Shown here: one piece after another, positions 36,237 to 50,703 of the stretch
Layout: every line of letters begins with the position of its first letter
Position numbering within the stretch: position 1 is the stretch's first letter
Assembly: GCA_965153455.1 (NCBI GenBank)
Contig: OZ234493.1
Coordinates: 19,706,213-19,770,212, forward strand
Direction: 5' to 3'
DNA: 64,000 bases
DNA from: Sphagnum compactum
Lineage: Eukaryota
Program-made: the position numbers and the translations under genes
The notes under the pieces: generated by a model
Told to the model about the DNA's origin: nothing
The model's input: only the letters and a program-made list of their open reading frames with translations
The model's database searches: none

Positions 36237-39200
36237 TCAGAGTTTGGAAAGGCTAGGAGGCCCCTGTGGAACAGCATGTCTTATCTCCAATTTCTCAATC
36301 TCTGTCTTGAACATCTGCAACTGCAAATCCACACGACAGCCAAAGCCAAGAGCCAACAATTAGCAGCCATTGATATTTTTAGTTTGTAAGAGAATGGCAA
36401 GAGAGTACGACCTTGCACTAGGAAGAGGCGTACTAGTGCATGCCTAGATGTCATACCTTGATCTGCTGATAAATAGTTCGATCATAGTTCCTCCCAGCAA
36501 GTGCTGTTGCTGCATCCCAGAAACCATATTCAGCATCAAGCACCTGGGGAATGTTAGGCTTCTGGACCCTCTGTTCAACTCAAGCTTCATGAACATTAGT
36601 GAAAACATATATATACTAGAGTTCAAAAACTATTGATTAACTGTGCCTCTGAAGCTATCAATCCAAAGGAACTCTAAAAATCTATTATCTCAAACAAAAT
36701 GAAGCGTTGAACACTAATCCTAACATTTTGGATTCATAGCAGATACTACAGGCCAATACTGAGACTAAACAGGTTGAGAATCGGAAGTGTAATATCCAGT
36801 CACTGGTGCAAGTATAGCAGGACCTAAGGTTTGAACATATAGTTTACTAGGAGGTGCAAAGGTGTAGGGTGAAAGCTGAAAACCATGTTTAGAAACCTTT
36901 TAGGCAATATCCTGACTCAAAGCCTCTGCTTTCTACCTCTCTTGGTCCTTTGTTCTTTCGCCCAAAGAATAAATACAGGGGACTCTCATACCTGTTTTGA
37001 CAGCTTCTTGTAGTGTGGAGTGAGCATCTGGGCGGGCAGCATGGACCATGCCTGCCTCTTCAGCTGTCTTGCCTGTATATCGATGCCTGCAGTGAACAAT
37101 CACAGTAATAGTCAGATGCAGGAAAGTCAATAACACTTTGGTCAGTCTTTCTGGAGCAAGAGTTTGCACAAGGAACACAAATTGATCTCCATCCATCCAT
37201 GAGGTGTTGCTATGAGTTCAAAAAGTCAGCACACATAGTTCTCAAGCTCTCTTCATCACAAAGGTTGGGGAACATTCTTGTTATGCAACATTAACTCAGA
37301 GCAGAGAATGTGCCTTTAGATCAATGTGGCTTTGCAAATGAACTTCTAAAGCGAGTTTGAACAGGGCTGTCAGAATGTTCAATTGTGCAATACACATATC
37401 AAGTTTCACCTGTGCATCTGGGTGAAGTGACTTACCCAAGCAGTGCTGCTATGTGGTAGGTCCTGACTGGAAGCTTGCAAGCAATAAGAGCAAGCATTCC
37501 TGGTGTGAATGATAGTCCTATGTCCACCTGAGAACATCAAGCAATGATCAAATGATGAGCTGGACAAATGAGAACACTGAAAAGGAGGTATTGACCAACA
37601 AATCTGGTCTTTGTCCTGGTGTGGAAGACCCACATCTTACAGAACCCTGTCTTTGGGTAACCTTAGGGTCAGACACAATTCTGCCGGGACTTATATGGAT
37701 CCCCAACCCCTTACTTCTACCAAAAAAAGGCAATATTCTTTCCCTTGAACAAAAGAAGCTTTCCCAGAATTTTTTTGCAGTTTTTGACCCACCTTGGCCA
37801 TGGATTTATTTGTTTGTAGTATGTAAGATGTTTGCTGCTTATTCAAGTTTCTTGCTGCAATATCATGGTCCTTAATGCTATTTTCTTGTCTTGTTTCCTC
37901 TTCAAGAAGGAAATGGTTGCCTCATCACAAACATTAGTTTTTTGAACTCTCAGAAATTGTACTCACAAAATCTAGAAGTCCAGCATCTGAGAAACTCTCA
38001 CCCTCAAAAGGAAAAAAGAAACAACAGCAGTACACACCTCACTCAAGAACATATAGCCTTTGTCAGAGCGCATAACACTATAGTCATGGGCCAGTGCAAA
38101 CATGCAACCCCCTGCCACTGCATGCCCACTACACACCCAGCCAGCACTGAGTTCATGCTCTAATAAATGAATCACAAACACAACATGCACTTGTCCTGGG
38201 CAGCATATCCTTTTTGGTGGCACTGAAAACTCAGATGAACACTTTGGAGTTTTGTGACCCCTTTTAGAACAATGCAAAGTATCAGAAGGCATAAAATTGA
38301 GAGGAAAAACACAGATGTGAGTACCTAACAGCTGCAACTGTAGGTACAGGGTAAGTCAACATCTTTTTCAGCAGATCATGAAAAGTATCAAGCAACTCCT
38401 GATCCAAGAAACATGCCCACATATCACAAGAAACAGATCATTATGCACTGCAGTCTCTTCCTCTGGGCTAACGTACTAAATAAAAAAGTATGAGTCACAT
38501 TTGTAAACCAGGACATCTCTTTCACATACATTGAAAGACACAAAACCCTTCTCAATTGCAAATATTTGAACTAAAGGCAAAAATTCCTGTCAAGAATTGA
38601 GAACAGGGTTGGGTGGTGAATCCCATGAAAACTACTTACCAGGTTCTCACGTGAAGTTTTGTTTACGAGAGAAAGAGACAGTCCATTTGAGTAGAATCGG
38701 CCCTGCCAAAAACAAAGCCCATCAAATACTGCTTATATTGCACCTTAGTCAGATCCTTGGGTTACTTATTGCACACTAAAGATTTTCAAGTTCAGAGCGA
38801 AGAGATAAATGCTACTGGTATACACTTAAGATTTTCAAGTATATTGCAGTTGTGCATTAACCCAAGGGACTACATTAAACCTTACTCATGATCAAATTCC
38901 AGCTACATCCAAAACAGAAAACTCCAAATTATGGAATTGACAAGGTGTTTTGAAAGCTTTGGTGTCTTACCTCACCTGTGGTTACAAGAGCTGCTGCTTG
39001 TGGGTCCTTCTCAACCTGATTTCCTTAAAAACAAGGAAGAGAGTCACATAATGCCATTCCCTATACAGTAGAATTAGTGAGGAGCAAAGAAGATCTCATC
39101 CTCAGACACAAAACAAAAGCAAGAGATTTATTTATTTTTAATATCAGAAAATTGTAGAGAAACTACCATGCACAGAGAGCAGCAGCATGGCTACAAACCA

Positions 39201-39770
39201 GCTAAATCAACAACAGAATCAGCTTTTCAAATACACTGGAGACACTTCAGGATATTATAAGCAGACAACTAGTCTCAGACTGATGTGGAGAAAGATTGAG
39301 TTTTGAAAACACTTGGAAATAACAACTTAAAGAGAAACAACAATACCTCATCAAGGGCAGCCAAAATCTCAGATATGTAGCTGGGAGTGAATCTGAGGAA
39401 ATAAACAACCAGAAATACAAAAGATTTCAGGAGTTTACACATCACTATTTCACCTAATTGGATCATGACCACATGAGATTCAAACCCTAGATCCTAGCAA
39501 AGCACACCAAAAAAAATCCCCAAAAAAAAAGAGGAAGGAAATTGAGCTAAAACAGGAATCGTGCAATTACTTCCCATTCAGAACTTGTGAAGCTGCCTAA
39601 GTTTGCCAAACGATTCAAACTCTTGGCCCTAAATTACATCGCAGATGAGTAAACGCAACACAGCATACAAAGAAGACCGAAAGTGCTTATTTCCCATACC
39701 TGTGCTCCCCGTCTCCTGTCAGAGTGAGGAGGTACACATTGTTTGGCAGCTTCTCCAACTTCAACGCCAT
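36237..39770 (-). CDS. ECI: Peroxisomal delta3,delta2-enoyl-CoA isomerase (ECI/IBR10-like), 10 exons: 39770-39700, 39392-39347, 39015-38971, 38702-38640, 38398-38325, 38128-38038, 37527-37436, 37086-36992, 36509-36457, 36320-36237; 237 aa
   Basis: Spliced translation: MALKLEKLPNNVYLLTLTGDGEHRFTP..LVTTGEGRFYSNGL..YPVPTVAAVSGHAVAGGCMFALAHDYSVMRSDKGYMFLSEVDIGL..PPSLSKL*. All introns are GT-AG with consistent phases (714 nt). C-terminal SKL is a PTS1. Matches plant ECI motifs LTGDGEHR, FSNG, GHA.A.G and SEVDIGL. Confidence 0.95.
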
Positions 39771-40663
39771 CTCCTGGCGCTTTGTGTGTTTGTCTCTGTA
39801 TCTGTCCGTCTCTGTCCCTATCTCGCAACAGAAGAACCTGGGAAGAACCCTCGTACAATACTATTGCTGCCTCAATTTTGTCGCAACAAAATCCGGCACC
39901 GAAGTGAGAGAGAGAGAGAGAGAGAGGAGGGGCGGGGGAGACGGAGGATTGTTTGTGAGGACGGAGAGGTCGCTGGCGGGGTTCGAACTTGGAACGTACG
40001 CGTTGGGAGCTTTGTTGGATGGCAAGTCAAGGGGGAAAGAGGATGGATGGATGGATTTAGGTCAAAATGCACGTAGCCTGGCTCTTCTTTTTTCTTTTTC
40101 TTTTTTTTTTCTTTTCGGTTTCCAACAAAATTGAAGGGTAAAGAAAAGGGGAAAATAATGTAAATGCCTCTTACAAATGTGATGTAACCAGCGTTTTCCC
40201 TTTGTTTTTTTTAAGGGACAAAACATTTGGGAAATTTTTGTTTATTAGTGTAAATTTAACTCATTTTGCTATTTTGTTAGAAATTTTTTGAAAACTTTTC
40301 AATATCACAAAATTGAGGGGAAAAAAATCTCGGAATATAACCTTGCCAAATTTTATTAATAAAAGCACCAATCCCAAGAGGAAATGGAAGTACAAAATGA
40401 AAGGACCTAAGTCCAAGTTGATTTGTTACAAGTCATATGGAGAAGTCTAAGGAAATCTAAGTCTAGTGGAAATGTTAATCATATTCATAGTTGTGTGTTT
40501 GTGTGTGTGTGTGTGTGTGTGGGGTTATGTATAAACATTCACTTGTTTGTGTAGACATTGGCAAACCTCCTTCCTTCAAGGAAGAATCAAGCTAGTCATA
40601 GTAATTCTTATTTATTTATTTATTGTCAATGTTGCTTCTAAGGCAATGAATCCTCATTTGTAA

Positions 40664-41046
40664 CATGATTTGGGAAGTAAGTCTATGCAAGTTTGATCAA
40701 CTATGACAACATTGACTCATGCCAATGAACCCCTCGTGATCACAATACACTTGATTCTCCAATTTGGTCACAAACTTCTTTGAATGACATGCATGATCAT
40801 TTTGCTACAAGTTCCTAATATTTTTCCCTCCTTGCTTGACGATGCAATTGTCCCATGATTTGGGAAGTAAGTCTAAGCAAGTTTGATCAACTATGACAAC
40901 ATTGACTCATGCCAATGAACCCGTCGTGATCACAATACACTTGATTCTCCAATTTGGTCACAAACTTCTTTGAATGACATGCATGATCATTTTGTTACAA
41001 GTTCCTAGTATTCTTCCCTCCTTGCTTGACGATGCAATTGTCCCAT
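40664..41046. repeat. 190-bp tandem duplication upstream of ECI
   Basis: CATGATTTGGGAAGTAAGTCTA at 40664 and 40854. The copies are nearly identical and bounded by CAT microhomology. Confidence 0.95.
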
Positions 41047-44000
41047 TGAGGCCTTTGGAAAGGGACAATTATGTTGGGCTTTGGCTTTCTATTGAAAGTT
41101 TGTCGTTATATAATTTATAAACTATATATTATGTCACCACTAGCATTACAATGACATAAGCACAAGTTGAAAAACATATTTCCTAAGATAACCATAGGCC
41201 AAAGATTGAGTACCACACAAGAAACATAAAATCCAAGTTTATGACAAGAAAGATGCAAGTCTTTTGAAAAACTAAGAGCAATTGCATGGAGGTCTATAGG
41301 GTGAGAAGTTCAATTTTAATTCTATTGACAATTAAGTTAAATAGGTATTCAATGACTCTGATTTTAACATCTCCAATTCAAAATTAAACTAAAATGGGAA
41401 GGTTCAAAATACACTCCAAAAGTTTAGAGGTTTAATGATTAACAACTTTATGTGGATGAAAATTTACTTACTCAAAGTAAGGTACTTGGACAATACTTAT
41501 ACTAGGTGCTTTCCAATGTGGGTACTTTTAATCATGTATATTGCTTAGTCAAGCATCTAGGTAGGAACTATTAAAATTTTGACAATTCAACACTTGACCA
41601 TAAGCTAATGGAAGCGATTACTTATATATTTTATAGAACTTATGAAATAAAAGGGCGAGATGGAAGTAATTTCCCAAAGACCAATTTTGGTCTTGTTAGT
41701 ACTTTAGATGTTACTTCAAAAGTAGGGTAGGTTTTTTCACCAATTTTTTTTTAATTCAATAATTAACAAGTAGGTTATTACTAACCTTATTGATGACCAA
41801 TTGTCTTCTCAATAATTGACCAACACTAATTATTTAGTAGCTAACACTAGTTTTTCAATAATCTCAAGCCCCCCAAGGTGAATTTACACATTGGGAATTA
41901 TTAGCATGAAGACACCTTGTGAGTCAAAATACAAGTTCACCTTGGGAAATGTGTAAAAATCAATGGCAAGCAATGGCAAGACTCCCAAGGTGAACGTACA
42001 TTTTGGAATTTGGGATTCCCTTGTAAGGAATCTCAAATGTTCAAAATGTTATAAGATGGATCAAAACAATTCCAAATGGCATAATTTCCAAACCTTTGGA
42101 AAAGTTTCACTACGAGTTAAAATGTAATGACTAGCAATGTTGAATAAACTTAATGGCTAGAAATTATAGGAATTTTGAAAATCACAATGGTAATGGAAAT
42201 TTTGATTCTTGATCATTTAGAACATGATTTGGGAGACCGACTAATGTTGGTTTGAAAAGTTTGATATGATCTTGGAAGATCTTTCCAAGAGCTACAAGAT
42301 TTAGTGTTAATTTGTCCTAACTAGACATGTTTTGAGAACATTATGACCTCCCAATTTTTTGAGAGTCCCAAAAGATGATTGGGAAAAGAAAAACCTCCAA
42401 GGTGGTCAATGTAAAATGAGTTATCTTCATTCAAATCAATAAGGATATCACCCACAATAGGAAAAGGTAGGGCAACTGTTATCCCATTTGGTGTTGACCA
42501 CCTTATAGGCAATTTAGATCTAGACAATTTTGTTGCATTTGAAAAAGCAATGTCAACAAAACAACCTTAAAATAATTCCTTATGCAATTCCAAGGTTTTG
42601 TAACAAATATTTTGCAAAAAGTCAAGTTGGAAAGAAATTGTGAATAATTATAAACCTATGGTGAACATTTAATTAGGTTCAAATGGTGTAATAGAATGGT
42701 GAACCATTTTCAACCATTATTGGTCGAAGTTAGAAAATAAGTTCCAAACAAACTTATGTTAAGTCAACTTTTTTCAATGTGATCTTTTTGACCATTGGGC
42801 CAAATATAGAGCTTGGTGTACATTGAAACTTGTTAGCCTAATGTGCCATGATTTTATTTCTAACAATTTTTTCATTCTTATGTTTAAAATTATGAACCAT
42901 AAACCATGACTTCAATTTACAAATGTTTATTTTAAAACATGCATCAAAATCATTGAAATGAACTAGTATATGGTTTAGAGGAAAGGTATTCTCATGAAAT
43001 ATTTATTGGTCGATTGTCACACTTACCTTAAGGTCTATGAACTCTTACAAAATTGAATATCAACTATTTAAACATGAATGTGGGTTTTTTCTTGTTTATG
43101 AATAACAAAAAATATCAACCCCATATTTCAAAAGGTTCATATTGAAACAAAATGGGAAAAACTTCATATTCATCAACAATGTTCATGATTCTATTCTTGT
43201 CATCAATATAGAAACAAAGAAACCATACATTAACAAGTAGAAACCAAATCATCCATTTATCTTTCTTCTTTTAAATATCTCACAATTAATATGTAATATA
43301 GCTAAAAACAAATAAGGTTGGACAAATAGGGTTGTTAAAATAGCTTCAACCTTATTTGTTACAATAATGTGTAATAGGGTTGGATGCATGGGTAGGGCAA
43401 ATAAGGTTGGATGACAAGTCACATTGTTAGGATAGGTCCAACCCTATTTGTTTGGATGATTTTCAAATTTTTCTTTATTTGTTTTTCCTTATGTCGTAGG
43501 ATGTTTGAAAACACAATTAAAGTATATTCAAATTTTGGACATACTAAAGGACTCCCATATTCAACTACAAAGCTTATTTCAAATATTCTTTCAAGGAGTT
43601 ATTAGAACTTTGCCTCCTAAAGTTCCTAGCATGGGGGCACACTTGAAAATGAATACACTTTAAGACAATCATTAATTTAACCACAATATCTCACCACCTA
43701 AGGGTTGGTGATCTATACCTACCTTGGGCAATAGGCTAAAATGAACCAATAGCAAGCCACCAATGCACCATTTTGATTTGTTATACCTTCATTTTGAAGG
43801 CCTACCTAAAGGACTTTTTTTCGAAAGACATTTTGATTTTATTGTTTCCATTGGGTGGGTTTTTTTATTTTGGGACAACACATGGTATCCATATTTTTAA
43901 AATTCAAAAAAAGACATGCCTATTTTAATTTCAGTTTTAAAATGATATTAACAATTACCAAATTCTTGGTTTGTTTAGTAATAACCATTGATTATGCATA

Positions 44001-47000
44001 AGGATTGATTTTCAAATATTTGCCTTGAGATCCACCTATTAAAATACCTATGTAAGGTAAGTTTTAGGAGTTTTTTTTTAAAAATAAAAATTTGTGGCCT
44101 TATTTCCAATGATAAGGCTAGGAACATAACAAATGAATTAAACAATGTGGTTAGCTAAGCAATTGGAATCCAAAAGAAATATGCATTTGGCAATTCATTA
44201 TTCACACCTCATGACTAGTGGTTTATTCTAATCAATTTTTTTCCCCCTTTGTTTGGGAAGGGGGAGGGATGCAAGAAAGTGTGGGAGGCACACCTTAATG
44301 TGCTCGAACATTTAATCCTACCTTTTTTGAGTTTCCCTACTTGGTTAAATTTTCCTCAACCTTCCCAATGTGGCAAGCACTAATTGTGAACCCCCTAATC
44401 CATAACCTTTTGTGGAATGAAAGGAGGTTAACTAAAAATCCATTAGGATGAAGACCTAATGAATTGGCAGATCAGGCAATTGAATGCAAAAAACGACAAA
44501 AGATGGGTTAGTTGATAAAATTGTTTATGGTTTTGTGGATATGGGAGTGTTTGTGTTGTCTGTTGTAGGTTATTTCTACCAAAAGTTTTGTGGTGTGCAC
44601 TTACTTTGCGAAAATCCTAAACAGTGGGTGTGATGACTTTTGTTTGTTATTCTTCAATGGTTTTGGAAATGGCGAGCTTTACAAAGGTAGAGGAGGATGG
44701 ACTTATGGAGAAGATGTGGGACACCAAGATAAAAAAGGAAGGGATTCTGGAAGCTAAGCTCTTCTTCCTTTTGTTCTTAATGCATTGTGTCTGATGAAGT
44801 AGAGAAAAGTAGATAGGAATAAAAGTCCATAGTGCTTGTGAAGTAAGTGTTGATGGGAAGAATGCCCTCAACATTTGTTTTAGCAGATATTCCAACTCTA
44901 AGTGTTTTTTCACTACATACTAGAGTTGGAATGTCTTAAGCATGATATAATGGCATGAATAAACAAATAAGTAGAGCTATTGGAATTGATGAAATTGCAT
45001 AGGGATTGGATGGCCAATTTGAAAGGACATCAATCCATGGGAATTTTAGTTGGGATGTTATTAAAAAGTTGAAAACTTTATTTTAAGAACTCTGGGGAAT
45101 TTAATGTTTAAATCTTGTCAAGAAAAAACTATGTTGTTATGGTTTACTATTCTTTTTTGTTTATTTTCTAAATGAACTATTGATGCAGGGATAGTATCTA
45201 TGGGAATTTTAGTTAGGGTGTTGTTCAAAAAGTAGAGACCCTTCTCATGGGAACTCTAGGGAATTTGGTGGAGTTGGGAATACCGTTTCTTTTCTATTAA
45301 AATTTTAAGTGAACTGTGGAAAGTGTATTTGTGGGGTGTTTGTTAAGGATCTAATTATGTGTAAGACCAAAATGGCTAATTGAGAAAGTTCGGAGGGATT
45401 TGATCCAATAATCTTTACAAAAAATCATTAGGTAAAAGATAAGTTTAACAAAAAAATAGGATTCATAGTCAATTAGTAAAGAGGAACCACAACACCTAAC
45501 CCACAAAACAAAGTATGGGGAAAATTTAGGTGTTAAAAGTAATAGTACAATTGAGGAAACAAGACTATAGTGGATGGATCCATGAATCTATTGTGAAGAA
45601 ATGACAATTGTTTGAATGGAATGTTTGAGGTTTTAGGTTGCCTCCTTTTTTGTCATGCCCTATCAAACATCAAGTATCATAAGTTTTATAATTGATAACC
45701 TGCTTAAATGAAATTTCAATTCATTCAAGCAAATTATTAAAACATTCAATATTTCATTCCTAAGTATCTAACCCATTCTTTTGGATATTACCTATTAGGC
45801 AAGTAGGTCTTTTATTCAATTTTTAAAAAATCAAGAATTGTTAAGTAAATTATTAATAATCTTATTGATAACCTAATGTTCTCAATACCCAACCAACATT
45901 GGTTATGAGTTATGACTAACTTGTGCATGAAGCCCAACTAAGTTGAGCTCTAGTTTCATGAAAAAAATAAATGTGTGTAGATGGCGAATACATAGGTAAA
46001 GGTGAATGGTTATCAATAGGTGGCAGATGTTAAAATTTCCAAAGAAATTAAATGTAATTTCATACAAAAAATATTGTTACAATTTTTTCCTCAATCTACC
46101 TTTTGCCCCATTTGTTTTTACCTTGTGAAGTTTAGACACATTTGGATGTAATGAAATGAAAAGAAAAAGGATCACAAAATCACAGACCCCCATGAATGTG
46201 GCAAACATCAACCATACTCTATTGATTTGAAATGGATAAACTTTTCAAATATTTCAAGTTAAAACAAAATGGTTTTCCATCTAATTCCATATATAAAAAC
46301 ATTTAATCGAATGATCATCATGGATTAGAGCCCTTCAATTTCTTCTTATGGAGTTCAACTAGTCTTTCATGACACTTTATTCATAATTTACACCCCAATG
46401 CATAAGGAAAAACTTTCCATTGAAATAATATAAACATGTCTTTCACATGTGTGCAAAGAAATTCATGAAGAATTGGGAACACCCATGACCACAGATTTCC
46501 TCCATAGAACAAACACCACCAACATAGTTGGAAATTTCTACACATAATGAACAAATGGACAATCTTAACAATCTATAGTCAGAGGTTTGACAAAGATGAA
46601 GCAAAATTCCAAATAATTTGTCAACATGATTTGCAATCCAAACATTTTTATAAGCCCACTTTGGAACTATCATTTTCATGGGTACTTTCTTCCTAACAAC
46701 AACATTACATTCTTAGAACCAACAAAACATCCCGCACATTACACTTGAATTGCCATCTGACTGTTCTTAAAACCCCTATGGTTTTTTATCACATCCATAA
46801 ATTTGACCCCTATAAACTATTTTTAAACTTCTAATTCCTACATCAAAGCTCATGAAGTAGCAAAGGTTCATTAGCTTGCCTAGGTCATAAAAGTTCTCCA
46901 TTGAAAGACATTTTTCCCCATTGATTGAAGTAGTCTTCCTAACATCAAAAACAACATCCCAAAACTCTAAAACCCAAAACAACAAAAATAAAAAAGAAAG

Positions 47001-48009
47001 CCCACACAACTATCAAATTCCAAATACTTAATTTCTCCACTTTACAAAATGTTTGGTCCATCTGCATTTTTTGCTTGCATCTCCTCTTGATCGAAGTCCA
47101 ACAAAACCAAAAAAACAAAACCAACACCACCACCAAACATTCCCTCAACAAAGAACCAACGACACAATAAGTGTGGATGAGATGAATAATAGCTACAACT
47201 TTGTAAAGCTAAATACCATTTTACATTTTGTGCTTTTAAAGAGGTTGATGTTTCTTTGTTCTATTGTTGATGTCATAATCACATTGATGGGCAAAATGTT
47301 TGGATGTGAAATTTGGTTTACCTATGCATAAATTTCCAAAACTTCCATTGTGTAGGAGAATCAACAATTAGGGAATTTGAAGTAAACAAGTCCTTAAAGC
47401 CATGGATGGAACTGAAGAGAGGTTATAGGGGGTCAATATGGGGTTAATATGGCCTGATATGTTTATGATATCTGTTGCTCAAGTTCAATATACCTAAATG
47501 TTTGTGATGCATTGTGCATGTATGGGGAGGTCAAGTATTTATCAATGTGGGGGCTTCAAACACAAATTCTATCTTTTGGAAGCCATTTTGTTGTTAGAAG
47601 TTCAATTGATGGTGATTCTGAATGTTTGGGATGTTTTGTTTGGTAATACATTCCCAATTTGTGCTTGTAGAAGAATCAATGTGGGCTATTGTGATTTTGT
47701 TTGAGGTAGGATGGGATGTAATGAGAAAGGTTTAAGAATTGTTTGTGTAAGATGCCACATTAGAAAATTATGATAACCCAATGAAAGGAAATCTAGATGA
47801 TTTTATCCATCTCATGTCAATAGCTTTAAGGTTTATAATTTAGTTAAGTATGATGACCGTGTAAAAAGAAACATGGATATGTGGTATTGTAATATTTGAA
47901 TTATTTTTTTAAGTAGATGTCTTTGTGTTCTTGTCAAGTATTGATGAAAGTGTTAGGCATAAGTGTTATGCCCTCCTTTTTGGTTACACAACTATTTTTA
48001 AGGAGGAAC

Positions 48010-50703
48010 CATTACTAGGAGATGCGTCCTAGTTCGCTATGGATTTCACTAGATTTTTGAGTGAATTTGGACATTTTTACTTAGTGAAATTGTTTAACCC
48101 CTTAGTGAACGGGGACTAGTTGCTATGGACAATGATTTGTTTCATTAGTACCTAGTGAAACAAGGTTATTGTCAAGTGAAATACAAATTTACCAAACCAT
48201 TCACTTGCTAGTTAATTAACTAACCAATATGGAAGTTAATTAAATTTTAATTATTTAATATATGATATTATTGATAATTTCATGATTTTTAAAGCCTATT
48301 ATTTATTGACATGTGTCACTATCTACGCTAGGTTAAAAACCTAACCTAGGTAGGTAGGTAGGCCACGTAATCAACCTAGGCACCTAACACTATCGAAGAG
48401 TATTCGGTCAACATACCATTGTTGACCACACACAACACCACCCATGAGGTTTGATCTTTGACCTTTGGAATGGGGGCAAACACCTTTACCATCAAACCAC
48501 CCCACTTGTTGTGATAATATGTTACATTACATTCTATTTATCAAATATTTCATTTTAAACGTTACAAAAACATAAATTTTGAAAATTCATATTTTATTGA
48601 GTTTTTGTTCAAATGAAATGATTCGAATTTACTTTTTTTAAAATTTTAATAATGTACATAATTACATTTATTTCCTTTTGAAAGTTTAAAATCATTTGAA
48701 CAAAAAAAAAGTTGAATATCATTATTCAATAACATTTCAATGACCATTTTTTTGAATTTTGTTTTTTAGTAAATGGATTTTTTTTTGTTAATATAATAAT
48801 ACTACCTATGTTAAACTACTTTCAATTATTATATGACTATTTTTCATTAATTTAAATTATTTCACTCTACATTATTTACGGCTATTCTCAAATACATTTG
48901 GTTATTTTTTGTTATTTCACCCTAGGCTACTTTTGTTTATTTTAAATTTTTTTTGACTATTTTAATTTATTTCACCTAGGTTATTTTCAGCTATTGTAAG
49001 ATTTTTTGGCTATTTTATGTTATTTTTGGCTATTGTAAATTATTTTATTTAGACTACTTGTAGTTATTATAAATTACTTTTGGCTATTTTAACTTATTTC
49101 ACTTTAGGCTATTTTCAACTATTGTAAGTTTTTTTGTTTATTTTATGTTATTTTTGGCTACTCTAAATTATTTCAATTCAGACTACTTGTAGATATTATA
49201 AGTTACTTTTGGCTATTGAAAATTATTTCACCTTAAGTTATTTTCGTTTATTATAAATTATTTCACTTTAGATTATTTTTGGCAATCCTAAGCAATTATA
49301 ATATATGGCTATTGGTTGTTCTTTTATTAGTGCTATTGGTGGTTATTAATGACTATTGGTACCTATTCTATTTGTGGCCATTAATGTTTTTTAATGGTTA
49401 TTTTATTAATAGTTATTGGTGGTTATTCTATTAATGGCCATTAGTAGTCATTCTATTAGTGGCTATTAGTGCTTATTTTATTAGTGGCTATTCGTGGCTA
49501 TTATATGAATGGTTATTGGTGGCTATTATATTAATGGTTACTAGTGGCTATTATATTAATGGCTATTGGTGGTTATTCTATTAATGGTTACTGGTGGCTA
49601 TTCTATTAATGGTTACTGATGACTATTCTATTAATGGTTACTGGTGGCTATTTTATTAATGGCTACTGGTGGCTATTCTATTAATGGCTATTGGTGGCTA
49701 TTCTATTAATGGCTATTCGTGATTAATGTATTAATGACTATTAATGACTATTTATGGTTATTCTATTTATGGCTATTCCTGATTAATCCATTAATGGCTA
49801 TGGGTGGTTATTCTATTTATGGCTATTCGTGATTAATTAATTAATGGCTATTGGTGATTATTCTATTTATGGTTAATCATGATTAATCTATTAATGGTTA
49901 TTGGTGGCTATTCTATTAATGGCTATTAATGATTATTCCGTTGTAAGCGATTGGTTGTTATTTTATTGGTGGTTATTGATGGCTATTTTATTAATAGTTA
50001 TTAATGGTTATTGTATTATAAGTTATTGTTGGTTATTATATGTTATAATATCATAGGATATTGGTAGTTATTATATTGTAGGGTATTCAAAATTATTTTT
50101 CATAGGTTATTATTTTCTATTCTAAATTATTTGTACCTTAGGTCATTATATTTTGTTTTAGATTATTTTAAAATTATTATGCTTAAGATAAACTAATTTA
50201 TAATAACATTAAGTAGAATGACCTTGAATAATATAAAGTATAACTTGAAATAACATATATTAATTTAAAATAAAATAACCTAAAATATAGCCTAAAGTTA
50301 CTTGAATAATTTAATTTTAAATAATTTAAAAACTTATAATAAACCAGTTAAGATACTTTAAGATAAAATAACATATCATAATTTAGGGTACAATAATTTA
50401 TAATAGCCTATAATAACGTCAAATATAGGTTAAAATAACTAAAGTAGCTTAAAATAATATAGGATATATCATAAAGTAACATAAATAGAATATTTTAAAA
50501 AACATAGAAATAAACCTATTTGCTACAATAAATTGTAATAGTGAATTATGTTAACTAAAAATGAAACATGATTTCTACATAGTGATATTATAATGAAATA
50601 ATTTTCACTAGATGAAATCAGTAAAATTCAATGAAGTTATTTCATTTTTAAGGTCCCATAGTGATTTTAAGCTAGTGAATTACACCCCATTTTGGTAGTA
50701 GTG
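48010..50703. mobile_element. Non-autonomous CACTA (En/Spm) DNA transposon, 2694 bp, 3-bp TSD AAC
   Basis: aac|CATTACTA (CACTA with a C>T change) ... TAGTAGTG|aac. Subterminal TAGTGA(A)/TTCACTA motifs cluster at both ends. No transposase ORF. Confidence 0.85.
49300..50030. repeat. 25-bp minisatellite inside the CACTA element
   Basis: Unit GG(C/T)TA(T/C)TGGTGGCTATTCTATTAAT, most regular at 49510-49720 and degenerating outwards. Confidence 0.9.

Noticed and set aside
13067..39770. Biosynthetic gene cluster of CPT, PME and ECI
   Set aside because: Unrelated pathways and compartments (organelle, cell wall, peroxisome), ~10-kb TE-rich gaps, and no evidence of co-regulation.
41050..48000. Short ORFs in AT-rich intergenic DNA
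   Set aside because: No coherent splice or domain signal. Likely highly decayed TE sequence.
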